A stretch of 64,000 nt of DNA from an uncultured Gemmatimonadales bacterium (GCA_963823035.1 CAWGKG010000014.1:448001-512000), one strand, 5' to 3'. Positions 34,367 to 44,799 are shown, counted from the first letter of the stretch. Numbers and translations: made by a program. Notes: a model not told the origin generated them from the letters alone.

Positions 34367-34993
34367 ATGTTCCGCTCCTCGCCCCTCGCGGGCCTTCTGC
34401 GCGGTACCTTCTGCTGTGCCCTCCTCGCCCTTTCCGGGGCTCCCCTCTCGGCCCAGGGCTACGCGCCCCCACCCCTCCAGCACGCCCAGTTCGGCATCGG
34501 CTACACGGCCAACCTCCCGGACGTCCAGGTGGGCGGCAGCGCCTACGTGCTTCTCCCCCGGTGGGGTGGCATCGGCCTGTACGTGGACGCGAAGTTCGGC
34601 GTCGGCGGCCCGAGCAGCCAGCGGGGCTACGACACGAGCGTTACCGCGACGCAAATCGAGGACAACCTTGGGGGCACGTTCGTCAAAGAGGAGGCGAGCT
34701 GGTGGAGTGCCAATGCCGCGCTCATGCGTCCCCTGTCGCCGTACTTCACCGTGTACCTCGGCGGCGGCGTGGCGCACCAAACCTCCTATCGGCTGTATAA
34801 CGTGGACAGGACGTTGGACGTCGGCGTCGGCGGCTTGGTGTGGGCGAGGGACACCCGAGGCGACGCATACCGGCCGAACGTCATGCTGGGGATGATCACC
34901 CGCCTGACGGCGCGCGTGAGCGCGCACTTCGGGTACGAGACCGAGCCGGACGGCGTCACGGCCGGACTGAGCTTGAGACTTCCGCGTTGGTGA
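34367..34993 (+). CDS. Probable outer-membrane beta-barrel protein
   Basis: Signal peptide, VYLGGGV, amphipathic strands, C-terminal GLSLRLPRW. Confidence 0.6.
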   Translation: MFRSSPLAGLLRGTFCCALLALSGAPLSAQGYAPPPLQHAQFGIGYTANLPDVQVGGSAYVLLPRWGGIGLYVDAKFGVGGPSSQRGYDTSVTATQIEDNLGGTFVKEEASWWSANAALMRPLSPYFTVYLGGGVAHQTSYRLYNVDRTLDVGVGGLVWARDTRGDAYRPNVMLGMITRLTARVSAHFGYETEPDGVTAGLSLRLPRW

Positions 34994-35020
34994 GCGCGGA
35001 TCGCTGAGAGGAGTGGAACC

Positions 35021-35437
35021 ATGAAGACGATGCGTGAGCGGAGGGGCCTGGTGGTCCTCCTCGCGGCAGGGATGCTGTGGGGATGCGCCAGCACGAAGTC
35101 GGCGAAGCAGACGGTGAACCCGAACATCATCACGCGCGAAGAGATCCTGGCGAGCAACGCCAACAACCTCCACGACGTGGTGTCGCGGCTGCGGCCTCAG
35201 TGGCTGCGTACGCCTGCGGCGACGAGCTTCAACATGAACACCGTCATCATGGTCTTTCAGGACCAGATGAACCTCGGGGGACCGGACGCCCTGCGGCAGC
35301 TGGGCCCTGAGCTGGCCTACGAGTTGCGGTACATGGACGGTGTGCGCGCATCCGCGATCCTGCCGGGCATCACGAACGGCCAGCACGTCGAAGGCGTGAT
35401 CATCGTGTCGACGAAGCCGCCGTCGGGCGGCCACTGA
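35021..35437 (+). CDS. Lipoprotein consisting of a TonB-receptor plug-like domain
   Basis: LWGC lipobox, NIITREEI, LHDVVSRLRP, GVIIVSTK. Confidence 0.7.
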   Translation: MKTMRERRGLVVLLAAGMLWGCASTKSAKQTVNPNIITREEILASNANNLHDVVSRLRPQWLRTPAATSFNMNTVIMVFQDQMNLGGPDALRQLGPELAYELRYMDGVRASAILPGITNGQHVEGVIIVSTKPPSGGH

Positions 35438-35468
35438 TCGGACCGACCCGTGGATCGGCCGGCGCCCC

Positions 35469-36290
35469 TCAAGCGGGTGGCTGCCGGCCGACCCTCCCGC
35501 CCCGCCGGGTCCAGATCGCGATGACGCCGCACTTGGCGTCCTGGCTCATGAACTCCGCCGGCACGCTGCTCAGCCCCTTGTAGACCTCGATCCCCTCGAT
35601 GGAGACGGGGGAGACGGCGTCGTCGAGGCGGAAGTCCTGCGATGGACCCGCCCCACCGATCGTGCGCCGGTTCAGCAGGAAGCCGTCGATCCAGATCTGC
35701 GTGGGGCAACCCAGGTTGTTGTTCGCGGTTGCGCGACCGCTCACCTGGACGACCGGGCGCAGCCCGCTTCCCGAACCGGTCACCGTGAGGCCCGGCACGT
35801 CCCGTAGCAGATCCGTGGTGTACATCGGGCGGCGCGCCTCCACGTCGGCGCGCGTGATGTAGAAGCCGTTCCCCGTCTCGACCCGTGTCTTGAAGTTCTC
35901 GAGGAAGGGGCTCGGCTCGACCTTCGACCAGGCCACCACCTCGAGCGGAGCCAGGAGGATGGCGTCCGGATCCAGCCGCACCTCGAGCTGGAAGAAGCCG
36001 TGGCCGTCGAAGTGCAGGACCGGCGTGGTGTTGGTCTTGTAGCTGAGCCTGCGCACCTGCAGGCGGACGGCGGAGACCTTCCCCTTCACCTCGAAGGCGA
36101 ACTCCCCGACCTCGTCGGTCTCGGTGCGCTGCAGGACGCGGCCGTCGTGGGTGGTGAGCGTGACCTGCGCGTCTCCGAGCGGCCGTTCCGAGCCGTCGTC
36201 GACGACCCGGCCGACGAGCCGCACCTGGGCCGCGGCAGGCGCCGCGAGCAGCAGGGTCAGAACGAGCGGAGTTGTGAGCCGCGTGCGCAT
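35469..36290 (-). CDS. Carboxypeptidase-regulatory-like domain plus TonB plug domain, no beta-barrel
   Basis: GRVVDDGSERPL, TDEVGEF, YITRADVE, DLLRDVPG, IWIDG, IEGIEVYKG, CGVIAIWTRRG, then stop. Confidence 0.8.
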   Translation of the reverse strand: MRTRLTTPLVLTLLLAAPAAAQVRLVGRVVDDGSERPLGDAQVTLTTHDGRVLQRTETDEVGEFAFEVKGKVSAVRLQVRRLSYKTNTTPVLHFDGHGFFQLEVRLDPDAILLAPLEVVAWSKVEPSPFLENFKTRVETGNGFYITRADVEARRPMYTTDLLRDVPGLTVTGSGSGLRPVVQVSGRATANNNLGCPTQIWIDGFLLNRRTIGGAGPSQDFRLDDAVSPVSIEGIEVYKGLSSVPAEFMSQDAKCGVIAIWTRRGGRVGRQPPA

Positions 36291-36517
36291 GCCGATTCGC
36301 CGACTGGAGTCACTCCCACGAGTCTACCCGGATCGCACGGAGCGGGTTTCGCGCGCCCCGTGTCCTGCTCTGGATACGAGGGATCCGCGCACCTGTTACC
36401 ATGGGTTCGCGTTGTCGCGAAGCCACGACCCCGGTTATCGTTTCCGTTGCTCCGTTCGCCCCTCCGGCGCCGTGCCGCCGGCCGGGATTCCCCCTCCTCC
36501 AGGAAAGATTGGAGCCC

Positions 36518-38686
36518 ATGGCAGGGGACCGCCAGAGCGATCCTCACAGCGCCGTGCGGGTCGCCTTCAAGGTCGCCGTGGCGTCGGTGGCGGCGCTGTC
36601 CCTCCTGCCCGTGGCCGATTGGATCCCGGGGGAGCCGGGAACGAACATCCCCCCGCCCATCTGGCCGATGTACCTCCTCTGGGCTCTCGGCCTCGGCGTG
36701 ATGGCCGCCGTGGCGTGGGTCGCGGCGAGGCTGCTCCCCGGCGGACGGAGGAGCCGCGCCGAAGCTGCCGCCGGGCGGGCGGGCCGGCGCAGGCAGGCAC
36801 GCGCGGAGCCCGACGACGCCCCTGCCGGACCTTCTCATCGGGCCGGGATCTTCGACCGGGGATGGGTGCCGCTCCTCCTCCTTCTGGTGGTTCCCACGCT
36901 GCTGTACGCCCGCGTGACCTGGCTCGTGTTCGACGGCCGTCCCCTGCACATCGACGGCATGACCCAGGCGCTCCAGGGGCACGTCTTCGCGAGCGGACGC
37001 CTGAGCGTACCGGTGGCGAGCGATCCTCGGTTCTTCTCCTCCTCCCTGATGGTGGAGCACGCCGGACGCGCCTTCTCCCAGTTTCCCCCGGGCTTCGCCG
37101 CCCTCCTCGCGCTGGGCTACCTGATGGGCGCAGGCTGGCTGATCCCCCCACTGTGCGGCGGGCTGGCCGTGTACGGCCTCTACAGGCTCCTGCGCGCGAA
37201 CGGGGAGGCCGGTCGTACGTCCTTCTTCATCGCCGCCCTCTTCGCGCTCGGACCGTGGTTCGCCATCAACGCGGCGTCGTGGATGAGCCACGTGCCCACG
37301 GTGACGTTCATCCTTCTCGGGTCGGTGGCGCTGGTGCGGGCGATGGACCCCGAGCGGGCGTCCTGGCCCCACGGCGCCCTGGCCGGCGCCGCGCTGGGCT
37401 TCGCCGTGATGATCCGCCCCCTGGAGGGCGTCGCTTTCGGCCTGCCCGCGACCGTGTGGGTGGCCGCCCGCGCCTGGCGCATACCGAACGTCCGGCGCGC
37501 GCTGGCGGGCTTCGCGGCGGGAGGGCTCCTCGCGGCGATCCTGCTGATGGCCTACAACCAGGTCCAGCAGGGGAGCCCGACGCTCTTCGGCTTCGAGCTG
37601 CAGTGGGGCCCCGAGCACGGACTCGGCTTCCACGAGGCACCGTGGGGACCGCCCCACACGCTGGTGCGCGGCATCGAGCTCATGAACGGGTACCTCCTCG
37701 GCCTGCAGCTGCTCTACTTCGACGCGCCGGCTCCCTCCGTCGTGCTCGCGCTGGCCGCGCTCCTCCTCGTGCGGCGCCTCGACGGCCTCGACCGCTACCT
37801 CCTGTCCGGGTGCGCGCTGGTCCTGCTGGGCTACATCTCGTTCTGGGGTGAGGGCCACGACCTGGGGCCGCGCTACCTTCTCCCCCTGGCGCCGATCGTG
37901 GCGATCTGGACGGTCCGCTTCGGGGCGGTCCTCGCCGACCGCACGGGGCGGGAGGCCACGCGCCGGTGGGGTGCCATCCTGGTCGGCCTGATCCTCGCGA
38001 GCGGTTGGGTCTTCGGGACGCCCACCCGGTGGTTCGTGTACAGCCGGAGCGATCCGCTCCGGCGCGTCGACGTGGGCGTGCTCACCACCCCCCGGGCGCG
38101 CGACGCCGTGGTGTTCGTCCCGTCGCCCTGGTCCATCCAGGTCCAGGCGCGCCTGCGCGCCACCGGGATGCCCCGGCAGCAGGCGGAGTGGTTCTACTAC
38201 CATGTGGGGTTGTGCAAGTTGGACGTGGCGCTCGGCCAGCTCGAAGGCCGCGGCGTGACCCAGCCGGACTCGGTGGTGGCCGCACTGCGGCCGCTCGCAG
38301 CGGATTCGACCTCGATGGTCATCGACCGACTCGCGGGGACGCCGGGCGATCCCTACACAGGGCTGGACCCGAACGCGCACGCGGCACGCACGCTCTGTGA
38401 GCTTCGTCAGTCGCTCGAGCGGGCACAGGGGGGCTACATGCTCCTTCCCTTCGCCGCACGGCTCGGCCCCACCTGGACGGGCGACGGCGCGATCGTCGCG
38501 CACGACCTCCACGAGGAGGATCGGCGGCTCATGGCGGAGTACCCCGACCGGGACGTCTTCTTCCTGAAGGCGGTCCGCATCCGCGGGCGTGTGCGCGAGT
38601 TCGCGTTGGAGCCCCTGGACCCGGACTCCGTGGCGCGGGTGTGGGGGAGGTTCGAGGCGTTGCAGAAGGAGGCGTCCGTCTTCTGA
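36518..38686 (+). CDS. GT-C fold multi-TM glycosyltransferase (PMT/ArnT-like)
   Basis: HID loop motif, FSQFPPG, WMSH, IRPLE, GPRYLL, many TM helices. Confidence 0.65.
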   Translation: MAGDRQSDPHSAVRVAFKVAVASVAALSLLPVADWIPGEPGTNIPPPIWPMYLLWALGLGVMAAVAWVAARLLPGGRRSRAEAAAGRAGRRRQARAEPDDAPAGPSHRAGIFDRGWVPLLLLLVVPTLLYARVTWLVFDGRPLHIDGMTQALQGHVFASGRLSVPVASDPRFFSSSLMVEHAGRAFSQFPPGFAALLALGYLMGAGWLIPPLCGGLAVYGLYRLLRANGEAGRTSFFIAALFALGPWFAINAASWMSHVPTVTFILLGSVALVRAMDPERASWPHGALAGAALGFAVMIRPLEGVAFGLPATVWVAARAWRIPNVRRALAGFAAGGLLAAILLMAYNQVQQGSPTLFGFELQWGPEHGLGFHEAPWGPPHTLVRGIELMNGYLLGLQLLYFDAPAPSVVLALAALLLVRRLDGLDRYLLSGCALVLLGYISFWGEGHDLGPRYLLPLAPIVAIWTVRFGAVLADRTGREATRRWGAILVGLILASGWVFGTPTRWFVYSRSDPLRRVDVGVLTTPRARDAVVFVPSPWSIQVQARLRATGMPRQQAEWFYYHVGLCKLDVALGQLEGRGVTQPDSVVAALRPLAADSTSMVIDRLAGTPGDPYTGLDPNAHAARTLCELRQSLERAQGGYMLLPFAARLGPTWTGDGAIVAHDLHEEDRRLMAEYPDRDVFFLKAVRIRGRVREFALEPLDPDSVARVWGRFEALQKEASVF

Positions 38687-38714
38687 CGCGGGGCGCGGCC
38701 CCCTTCGGCGCTTC

Positions 38715-40142
38715 TCAGTCCTCGACGACGTGCTTCTCGAACGACGCCCGGTACCCGGCCCACCGCGCGGCGTCGAAGGCACCGTCGTCTCCGAGACAGT
38801 CCACGGCGGCCTTCGCCATTGCGAGGGCGTGGTGGGTGTTGTCGTGCGCGTACAGGCCCTGGCGCCCGAAGGTCAGCACGCCCGGGAGCGCCGAGAGCCA
38901 TGCGTCGAGCACGTCGAAGCGGCGCTCCCACCCGATCCGGTAGAGCGGATAGGCCGAGGGCAGGCGGCGCACGACCACGTCCAGGACTTCGGCGCGCAGC
39001 GGGATCCCCGCCCGCTCCAGACCGTCGCGCACGACGCGCCCGAGGGTCTTCGCGTCCGTGGACCAGGCGGGATCTTCCGTCGCGCAGGGGATCTCGGCGC
39101 AGAGGACCGTCCGACCCACCGGGTCGTTCCGGCCGGCGTAGTTCTTCGGCTCGGAGAGCCGCGTCATCGGGACGTCGAGCGAGGGGAAGTAGTGCGCGTC
39201 GAATTCGGTGAAGCGATCCTGAGCCACCACGAGATAGACGAGGAGCATCGCCCGCTGCGCCAGGTCTCCCGCGGCCTCCAGGACCTCCGGCGGCGCGGGC
39301 GGATCGACCATGCGCGCCAGCAGCCCGAGCGGGATCGTGGACCACACGCGGTCGGCCACGAGGCCCCGTCGGCCGTCCGGGCCCACGACCTCCACGTTCA
39401 TCGCCGCCCCCTCCGGTCTCGACACCCGCTCCACGCGCGTCTCGAGGAGGATCTCCGCGCCGGCCCTCGCGGCCGCTTCCGCGAGGGCGGTCGAGATCTG
39501 TCCGTAGCCCCCACGCGGATAGAAGAAGGTGCCGCGACCGGAACGCCCTCCCCCGCCCTTCCCGCCCGGGACGAGGCGGCGGACGAGCTTCGAGAGGGAG
39601 CCGGCCGCCACGCGCTTCCGCGCCTGCGCCGGGGAGATCTCCTCGGGCTCGAGGCCCCAGATCTTGCGCGCGTACGGGAAGTAGAAGTCGCGACAGATGG
39701 TGGGGCCGAGCCCGCTCAGGAGCACCGAGGCGAAGGTGTCGCCCTCGTTCACGTCGCTTCCCGCCACGAGCTTGCGGGCGGCGTCGAGCGCCACGCCCGC
39801 CACGAACGAGGGCGGCGCGTGCAGTGCCAGGTCCAGCGGCCGGAGCGGGAAGTGGATCCAACGCCCGCCCAGGAGGATGCGCCCGTGGCGAGGGCGCTCG
39901 AGCAGGTCGCGACCGAGGAGCGAGCGCAACTCGTCGAGGATCTCCGGGTCCGTCGCGGGATGCAGTCGATGGCTCCCGTAGTCCACGTCGAGCCCGCCCA
40001 GCCGGAAGCTGCCCGCGTTCCCCCCGACCGCCGGGCGCGCCTCGACCACCGTCGGGGCGAAGCCCCGTCGCGCGAGCCAGAGCGCGGCACCCACCCCGGC
40101 GGGGCCACCGCCGAGGACCACGATCCGGGCGCCGGCGCTCAC
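38715..40142 (-). CDS. FAD-dependent oxidoreductase (HemY/UDP-galactopyranose-mutase-like superfamily)
   Basis: LGGGPAG, VGG, DYGSHR, YARKIWG, FFYPRGGYG, AYPLY, GRQGLY. Confidence 0.85.
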   Translation of the reverse strand: MSAGARIVVLGGGPAGVGAALWLARRGFAPTVVEARPAVGGNAGSFRLGGLDVDYGSHRLHPATDPEILDELRSLLGRDLLERPRHGRILLGGRWIHFPLRPLDLALHAPPSFVAGVALDAARKLVAGSDVNEGDTFASVLLSGLGPTICRDFYFPYARKIWGLEPEEISPAQARKRVAAGSLSKLVRRLVPGGKGGGGRSGRGTFFYPRGGYGQISTALAEAAARAGAEILLETRVERVSRPEGAAMNVEVVGPDGRRGLVADRVWSTIPLGLLARMVDPPAPPEVLEAAGDLAQRAMLLVYLVVAQDRFTEFDAHYFPSLDVPMTRLSEPKNYAGRNDPVGRTVLCAEIPCATEDPAWSTDAKTLGRVVRDGLERAGIPLRAEVLDVVVRRLPSAYPLYRIGWERRFDVLDAWLSALPGVLTFGRQGLYAHDNTHHALAMAKAAVDCLGDDGAFDAARWAGYRASFEKHVVED

Positions 40143-40149
40143 GGGTCCC

Positions 40150-42048
40150 TCACGGCAGGTACAGCGCGTGCCACATCATGAAGTTGAGCAACGCCCACAG
40201 CGCGCGGCCGTGGTCGTGGCGGAGCTCCAGGTGCTCCTCGACGAGCGCGCCGACCGCCTCGGGGCGGAAGAGCCCGGCGGCGCGCACGCGCTCCGCGCCG
40301 CAGTAGTCGAGGAGAACGTCCTTCAGCTCACCGGTGAGCCAGCGGGAGTAGGGCATCTCGAGGCCGACCTTCTTCCGCCGCAGGATCTCCCCCGGGAGGA
40401 GACCCTCGAGCGCGGCCTTCATGACGTGCTTCTTGTCCATCGCCGGGAGCTTGATGCGTGCCGGCACACGGGCCATGAACTCCGTCAGCTCCGGGTCCGT
40501 GAACGGCACGCGCGCCTCGAGCGAGTGGGCCATCGTCATCCGGTCGTTCTTCACCATGAGATCGTCCGGGAGGAAGACGGACGAGTCCACGTGCAGGATC
40601 CTGTCCAGCGGGTCGGCCGCGCGGGATCGGGCGTACACCTCGCGGAACCAGCGCGCCGGAGGCTCTGCGTCGAGCGCCTCGAGCACGCCGGGCGTGTAGA
40701 GCGCCCGCTTGCGCGCGTCGGTCAGGACGATGCGCCACCACAGGTGGGCGTCCGCGGGCGGGAGGTCGAGGCCGCCCAGGAAGCGCTTCATCCGGAACTC
40801 GAGGCTCAGCTTGGCGTGCGACACGGGGAGGTGGCGAACGAGCGGACCCACCACGCTCTCGCGCACGATGCGGGGCACGATGCGGGCCAGCCGCGCCGCC
40901 TGGAAGGCCGCGTGCGTCTCGTAGCCGGCGAAGGCCTCGTCGCCTCCCTCCCCCGAGAGGAGCACGACCACGTCCTCCTTCGCGAGCCCGCTCACGTACC
41001 ACGTGGGGATCGCGGAGCCGTCCGCGTACGGCTCGTCGATCCAGCGCAGGTAGTCGGGGAGCATCTCGCGCACCCGCCCGGCCGTGACCACCACCTCGCG
41101 GTGCTCGGTGCCGAAGGCGCGCGCGACCGTCCGCGCCGCCGGCCGCTCGTCGAACGTCGGGTCCTCGAAGCCGACCGCATACGTCTGGATCGGCCCCGAC
41201 ACGTGGCCGTGCATGAGCGCGACCAGCGCGCTCGAGTCCATCCCGCCGGAGAGGAGCACGCCGATGGGCACGTCCGCCACCAACCTGCGACGCACGGCCT
41301 CGTCCATGAGCTCGCGCGCCCGTGCCACGACCGCCGCCTCGCCGAGGTCGGTCTCTTCGCCGAAGGGGAGGTCCCAGTAGCGCTCCACGGTGGTCGAGCC
41401 GTCCGCGGCGACGCGCATCCTGTGCGCGGGCGGAAGCTCGTGGATGCCCGCGAAGGCGGTCTGCGACCCGGGGACGTAGCCGAGCGTCAGGTAGTCGTGC
41501 ATCGCCTGCAGCGACACCTCGCGGGATACGCGCGCGTCGGCGAGGACGGCCTTGATCTCGGACGCGAAGCGGAAGTGATCGTCGTCGCGCTGCCAGAAGA
41601 GCGGCTTGATGCCGTAGCGGTCGCGCAGGAGGTGGAGCGCCCGTTCGCGGCCGTCCCAGATGGCGATGGCGAACATCCCGTTCAGCTCGTGCACCATGTC
41701 GGCGCCGAGCTTCTCGTACAGGTGCAGCAGCACCTCGGTGTCCGTACGGGAGCGGAAGGTATGGCGACCCTTCAGGTCGTGCCGGTCGGCGAGCTCACGG
41801 AAGTTGTAGACCTCCCCGTTGTAGGCGATCAGGACCGTGCCGTCCTCGTTGGCCATGGGCTGATGCCCGGCCGGCGAAAGGTCGATCACGGAGAGCCTGC
41901 GCACGCCCAACGCCACCCGGTCGTCGTACCAGGTGCCCCGGTCGTCCGGTCCGCGGTGGGCGAGCGTGTCGGTCATGCGGTCGAGCAGCCCTCCCCCCGG
42001 GTCGAGAGGGGCGGAGGACAGCCGCATCACGCCGCAGATGCCGCACAC
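40150..42048 (-). CDS. asnB: Asparagine synthase (glutamine-hydrolysing)-like amidotransferase
   Basis: N-terminal CGICG, HRGPD, RRLSVID, NGEVYN, DRYGIKPL, LSGGMDSS, LSGEGGDE, DRMTMAHSLEARVPF. Confidence 0.92.
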   Translation of the reverse strand: MCGICGVMRLSSAPLDPGGGLLDRMTDTLAHRGPDDRGTWYDDRVALGVRRLSVIDLSPAGHQPMANEDGTVLIAYNGEVYNFRELADRHDLKGRHTFRSRTDTEVLLHLYEKLGADMVHELNGMFAIAIWDGRERALHLLRDRYGIKPLFWQRDDDHFRFASEIKAVLADARVSREVSLQAMHDYLTLGYVPGSQTAFAGIHELPPAHRMRVAADGSTTVERYWDLPFGEETDLGEAAVVARARELMDEAVRRRLVADVPIGVLLSGGMDSSALVALMHGHVSGPIQTYAVGFEDPTFDERPAARTVARAFGTEHREVVVTAGRVREMLPDYLRWIDEPYADGSAIPTWYVSGLAKEDVVVLLSGEGGDEAFAGYETHAAFQAARLARIVPRIVRESVVGPLVRHLPVSHAKLSLEFRMKRFLGGLDLPPADAHLWWRIVLTDARKRALYTPGVLEALDAEPPARWFREVYARSRAADPLDRILHVDSSVFLPDDLMVKNDRMTMAHSLEARVPFTDPELTEFMARVPARIKLPAMDKKHVMKAALEGLLPGEILRRKKVGLEMPYSRWLTGELKDVLLDYCGAERVRAAGLFRPEAVGALVEEHLELRHDHGRALWALLNFMMWHALYLP

Positions 42049-42057
42049 GTGCCGGCG

Positions 42058-42933
42058 CTACCGGATTCTCGGGCCCAACCCCGCGCGCGCGATCTGGTCG
42101 GACAGCAGTCCAACGCACCAGACGATCACAGCGCCGAGGAAGCCCATGACCACGGTCTCGGAGAAGTTCCCGACGAAGAGGTCCCAGACGAACTTCGCGA
42201 AGCCGACCAGGAAGAGCACCGCGCCCACCGGGAGGAATACCTTGAGCGGGTTGAAGAAGACCACCGTGCGCAGGATCAGCATGAGGAAGTCGAAGGCGTG
42301 GGACGGCCGGATCTTCGAGGTCCCGGTGCGCGCGCGGTAGTCGATCGGGTGGTAGTGCACGAGCGCATCGTTGCACAGCGCCGCGAGCGTGATCGACGTG
42401 GTGAAGGAGAAGCCGGAGGGGAGGAGGTGCTCGAAGCGCTCGACGAGCCGCCTGTGCACCACGCGCAGCCCCGAGTTGAGGTCGGGAATGTGCTGGCCGG
42501 CCAGGTAGCCGGCCAGACGCGCGAGGAACCACTTGGCCGGCCGGCGCAGGGCCGGGATGTGCACGTCCGCCCCCGTACGCGCCCCCACCACCATGTCGAA
42601 GTCGGACGCGTACCCGAGCAGCGCGGGGATCGCCTCGGCCGGGTAGGTGCCGTCGGCGTCCGTGATGACGATCAGGTCGTAGCGCGCGCGTGCGATCCCC
42701 GTCTTGAGCGCGCCCCCGTAGCCGAGGTTCTTCGCGATCCGGACGACGGTGGCGCCCTCCTCGCGGGCGATGTCACCCGTCCCGTCGGTGGAGCCGTCGT
42801 CGACGACGATCAGCTCCCACGGCCGATCCAGCTTCTCCATGACGCCCCGGATCTCGCGCACGCTCGCGGCGATCGCCTCGCGCTCGTCGTAGGCCGGAAC
42901 CACGACGCTGACGCCCTCCACCGCGTCGCTCAT
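42058..42933 (-). CDS. GT2 glycosyltransferase (DPM1/GtrB-like) with two C-terminal TM helices
   Basis: SVVVPAYDE, VVDDGSTDGT, NLGYGGA, TDADGTY, DLNSG, GTSK; ATGA overlap with ruvA. Confidence 0.9.
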   Translation of the reverse strand: MSDAVEGVSVVVPAYDEREAIAASVREIRGVMEKLDRPWELIVVDDGSTDGTGDIAREEGATVVRIAKNLGYGGALKTGIARARYDLIVITDADGTYPAEAIPALLGYASDFDMVVGARTGADVHIPALRRPAKWFLARLAGYLAGQHIPDLNSGLRVVHRRLVERFEHLLPSGFSFTTSITLAALCNDALVHYHPIDYRARTGTSKIRPSHAFDFLMLILRTVVFFNPLKVFLPVGAVLFLVGFAKFVWDLFVGNFSETVVMGFLGAVIVWCVGLLSDQIARAGLGPRIR

Positions 42934-43523
42934 CGGTAGGAGAGCGCCCTGCGGATGATCTCGTCCGCGGTCTTCCCCGCAGCGCCGTCCTCGAGCGCCT
43001 GGCGCACGGCGTGGTCGGCGTCCGCGAAGCCATAGCCCAGGGCGACCAGGGCTTTCACGGCCTCCTGCGCGCCCGCGCCGCCGGGCTCCGAGCGGCCACC
43101 CGGGGCACTCACGGCGAGGTCCGCGACCTTGTCCGCGAGCTCCAGGACGAGCTTCTCCGCCTTCTTGCGCCCGACGCCGCTCACCTGCTGCAGCGCGGCC
43201 AGGTCCTTCTCGACCAGCGCCCGTGCGAGCCGGTCGGCCCGATACGTGCTCATCATGGCCAGGGCGAGCTTGCCGCCCACGCCCGACGCGGTGAGCAGGC
43301 GCTGGAAGAGCGTGCGCTCGACCTCGTCGATGAAGCCGTACAGCGCCACCGAGCTGTCCGTCACCACCTGGACGGTGCGCATCTCCACGGCGTTTCCCGG
43401 CGTGGGCAGTCGCTGGAGCACGGTGAGCGGCACGTCGAGCTCGTAGACGACGCCGCCCGCCGTCTCGATCTCGATACCGTCGACGTCGCGCGTCACGAGC
43501 ACACCCTTCAGGCGGCTGATCAT
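42930..43523 (-). CDS. ruvA: Holliday junction branch-migration protein
   Basis: MISRLKG, GGVVYE, LYGF, SGVGGKLA, GVGRKKAEK, ALVALGY. Confidence 0.96.
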   Translation of the reverse strand: MISRLKGVLVTRDVDGIEIETAGGVVYELDVPLTVLQRLPTPGNAVEMRTVQVVTDSSVALYGFIDEVERTLFQRLLTASGVGGKLALAMMSTYRADRLARALVEKDLAALQQVSGVGRKKAEKLVLELADKVADLAVSAPGGRSEPGGAGAQEAVKALVALGYGFADADHAVRQALEDGAAGKTADEIIRRALSYR

Positions 43524-44041
43524 CGGGGGAAGCTCCCCGCCATGCAGTGACAGAGGGCAGCCGCCACCCCATCCGCGGCGTCCGCCGGAGAGGGGGCGTC
43601 GCGAAGCTTGAGCTGCTGCATCACCATGAAGCCCACCTGGTCCTTGGTCGCCTGGCCCGTACCCACCACCGCCTTCTTGATCTCACCCGGGGTGTACTCG
43701 GCGATCGGCACGTCCCGCAGCGCGGCGGCGAGGAGGATCGCGCCGCGCGCATGCCCGAGCGTGAGCGCGCTGCGCACGTTCTTTCCCTGGAAGACGTTCT
43801 CGACGGACATCGCGAAGGGGCGATGGCGCTCGAGGAGGCCGTCCACCTCCAGGTAGATCTCGCGGATGCGCTGCGCCAGGGGCTTCCCGGGGGAGGTGCG
43901 GATCACGCCACACTCCACCAACGAGACGGCGCCGCCACCCCGTCGGGCGACGACGCCGAAGCCGGTGATGGCCGTGCCCGGATCGATCCCGAGGATCAGG
44001 ACCGGCCCGGGGCCGGGTGCGTGTCGGTCTTCGAAGGTCAC
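43520..44041 (-). CDS. ruvC: Crossover junction endodeoxyribonuclease
   Basis: ILGIDPG, SVENVF, LGHARG, EYTP.EIKKAVVG.G.A.KDQV, DAADG.A.ALCH. Confidence 0.96.
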   Translation of the reverse strand: MTFEDRHAPGPGPVLILGIDPGTAITGFGVVARRGGGAVSLVECGVIRTSPGKPLAQRIREIYLEVDGLLERHRPFAMSVENVFQGKNVRSALTLGHARGAILLAAALRDVPIAEYTPGEIKKAVVGTGQATKDQVGFMVMQQLKLRDAPSPADAADGVAAALCHCMAGSFPR

Positions 44042-44056
44042 TCCGCTGGACGGACG

Positions 44057-44799
44057 TCAGACATCGGCGAGCGCCGCCTCGTCGATATCGGCGTTGGAGT
44101 GCACCTTCTGGACGTCGTCCAGCTCCTCGATCGCGTCCAGGAGCTGATGAGCTTCTCGGCGTCCTTGCCCGCGACCGCGACCTCGTTCTTCGCGACCCAT
44201 ACGAGCTCCGCCGAGGCGACCTCGATCCCCTTGGCCTTGATGCCCTCCTGGACCTCGTTGAAGACCGTGTAGTCGCAGGTGACGACGAACTCGTCCTCCT
44301 CGCGCACCAGGTCCTCCGCACCCGCTTCGATCGCGGCCTCGAACACGGCCTCCTCGGTGTGCTCCTCCGCATCGACGACCACCTGGCCCTTGCGGTCGAA
44401 CTGCCACGCCACCGAGCCTGTGGTGCCGAGCGAGCCGCCGTGGCGGCCCAGCGCGTGGCGGATGTCCGCCACCGTCCGGTTCGCGTTGTCGGTCAGCGTC
44501 TCGATGTAGAGCGCCACCCCCGCCGGGCCGTACCCCTCGTACGAGACCTCCTCGTAGTGGACGCCCTCGAGCTCGCCGGTGCCCTTCTTGATGGCGCGCT
44601 CGATGTTGTCGGAGGGCATGTTCGCGGCCTTGGCCGTATCCACGGCCAGCCGCAGGCGGGGGTTGAAGTCGGGGCTGCCGCCACCGACCCGCGCGGCGAC
44701 GGTGATCTCGCGGATGAGCTTGGTGAAGGCGGCGCCGCGCTTGGCGTCGATGGTCGCCTTCTTGCGCTTGATCGTTGCCCACTTGCTGTGGCCGGACAC
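44057..44799 (-). CDS. yebC: YebC/PmpR family protein; frameshift near 44146
   Basis: SGHSKWATIKRKK, NPRLRLA, YEGYGPAG, TDNANRT, then EELDDVQKVHSN in the shifted frame. Confidence 0.95.
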
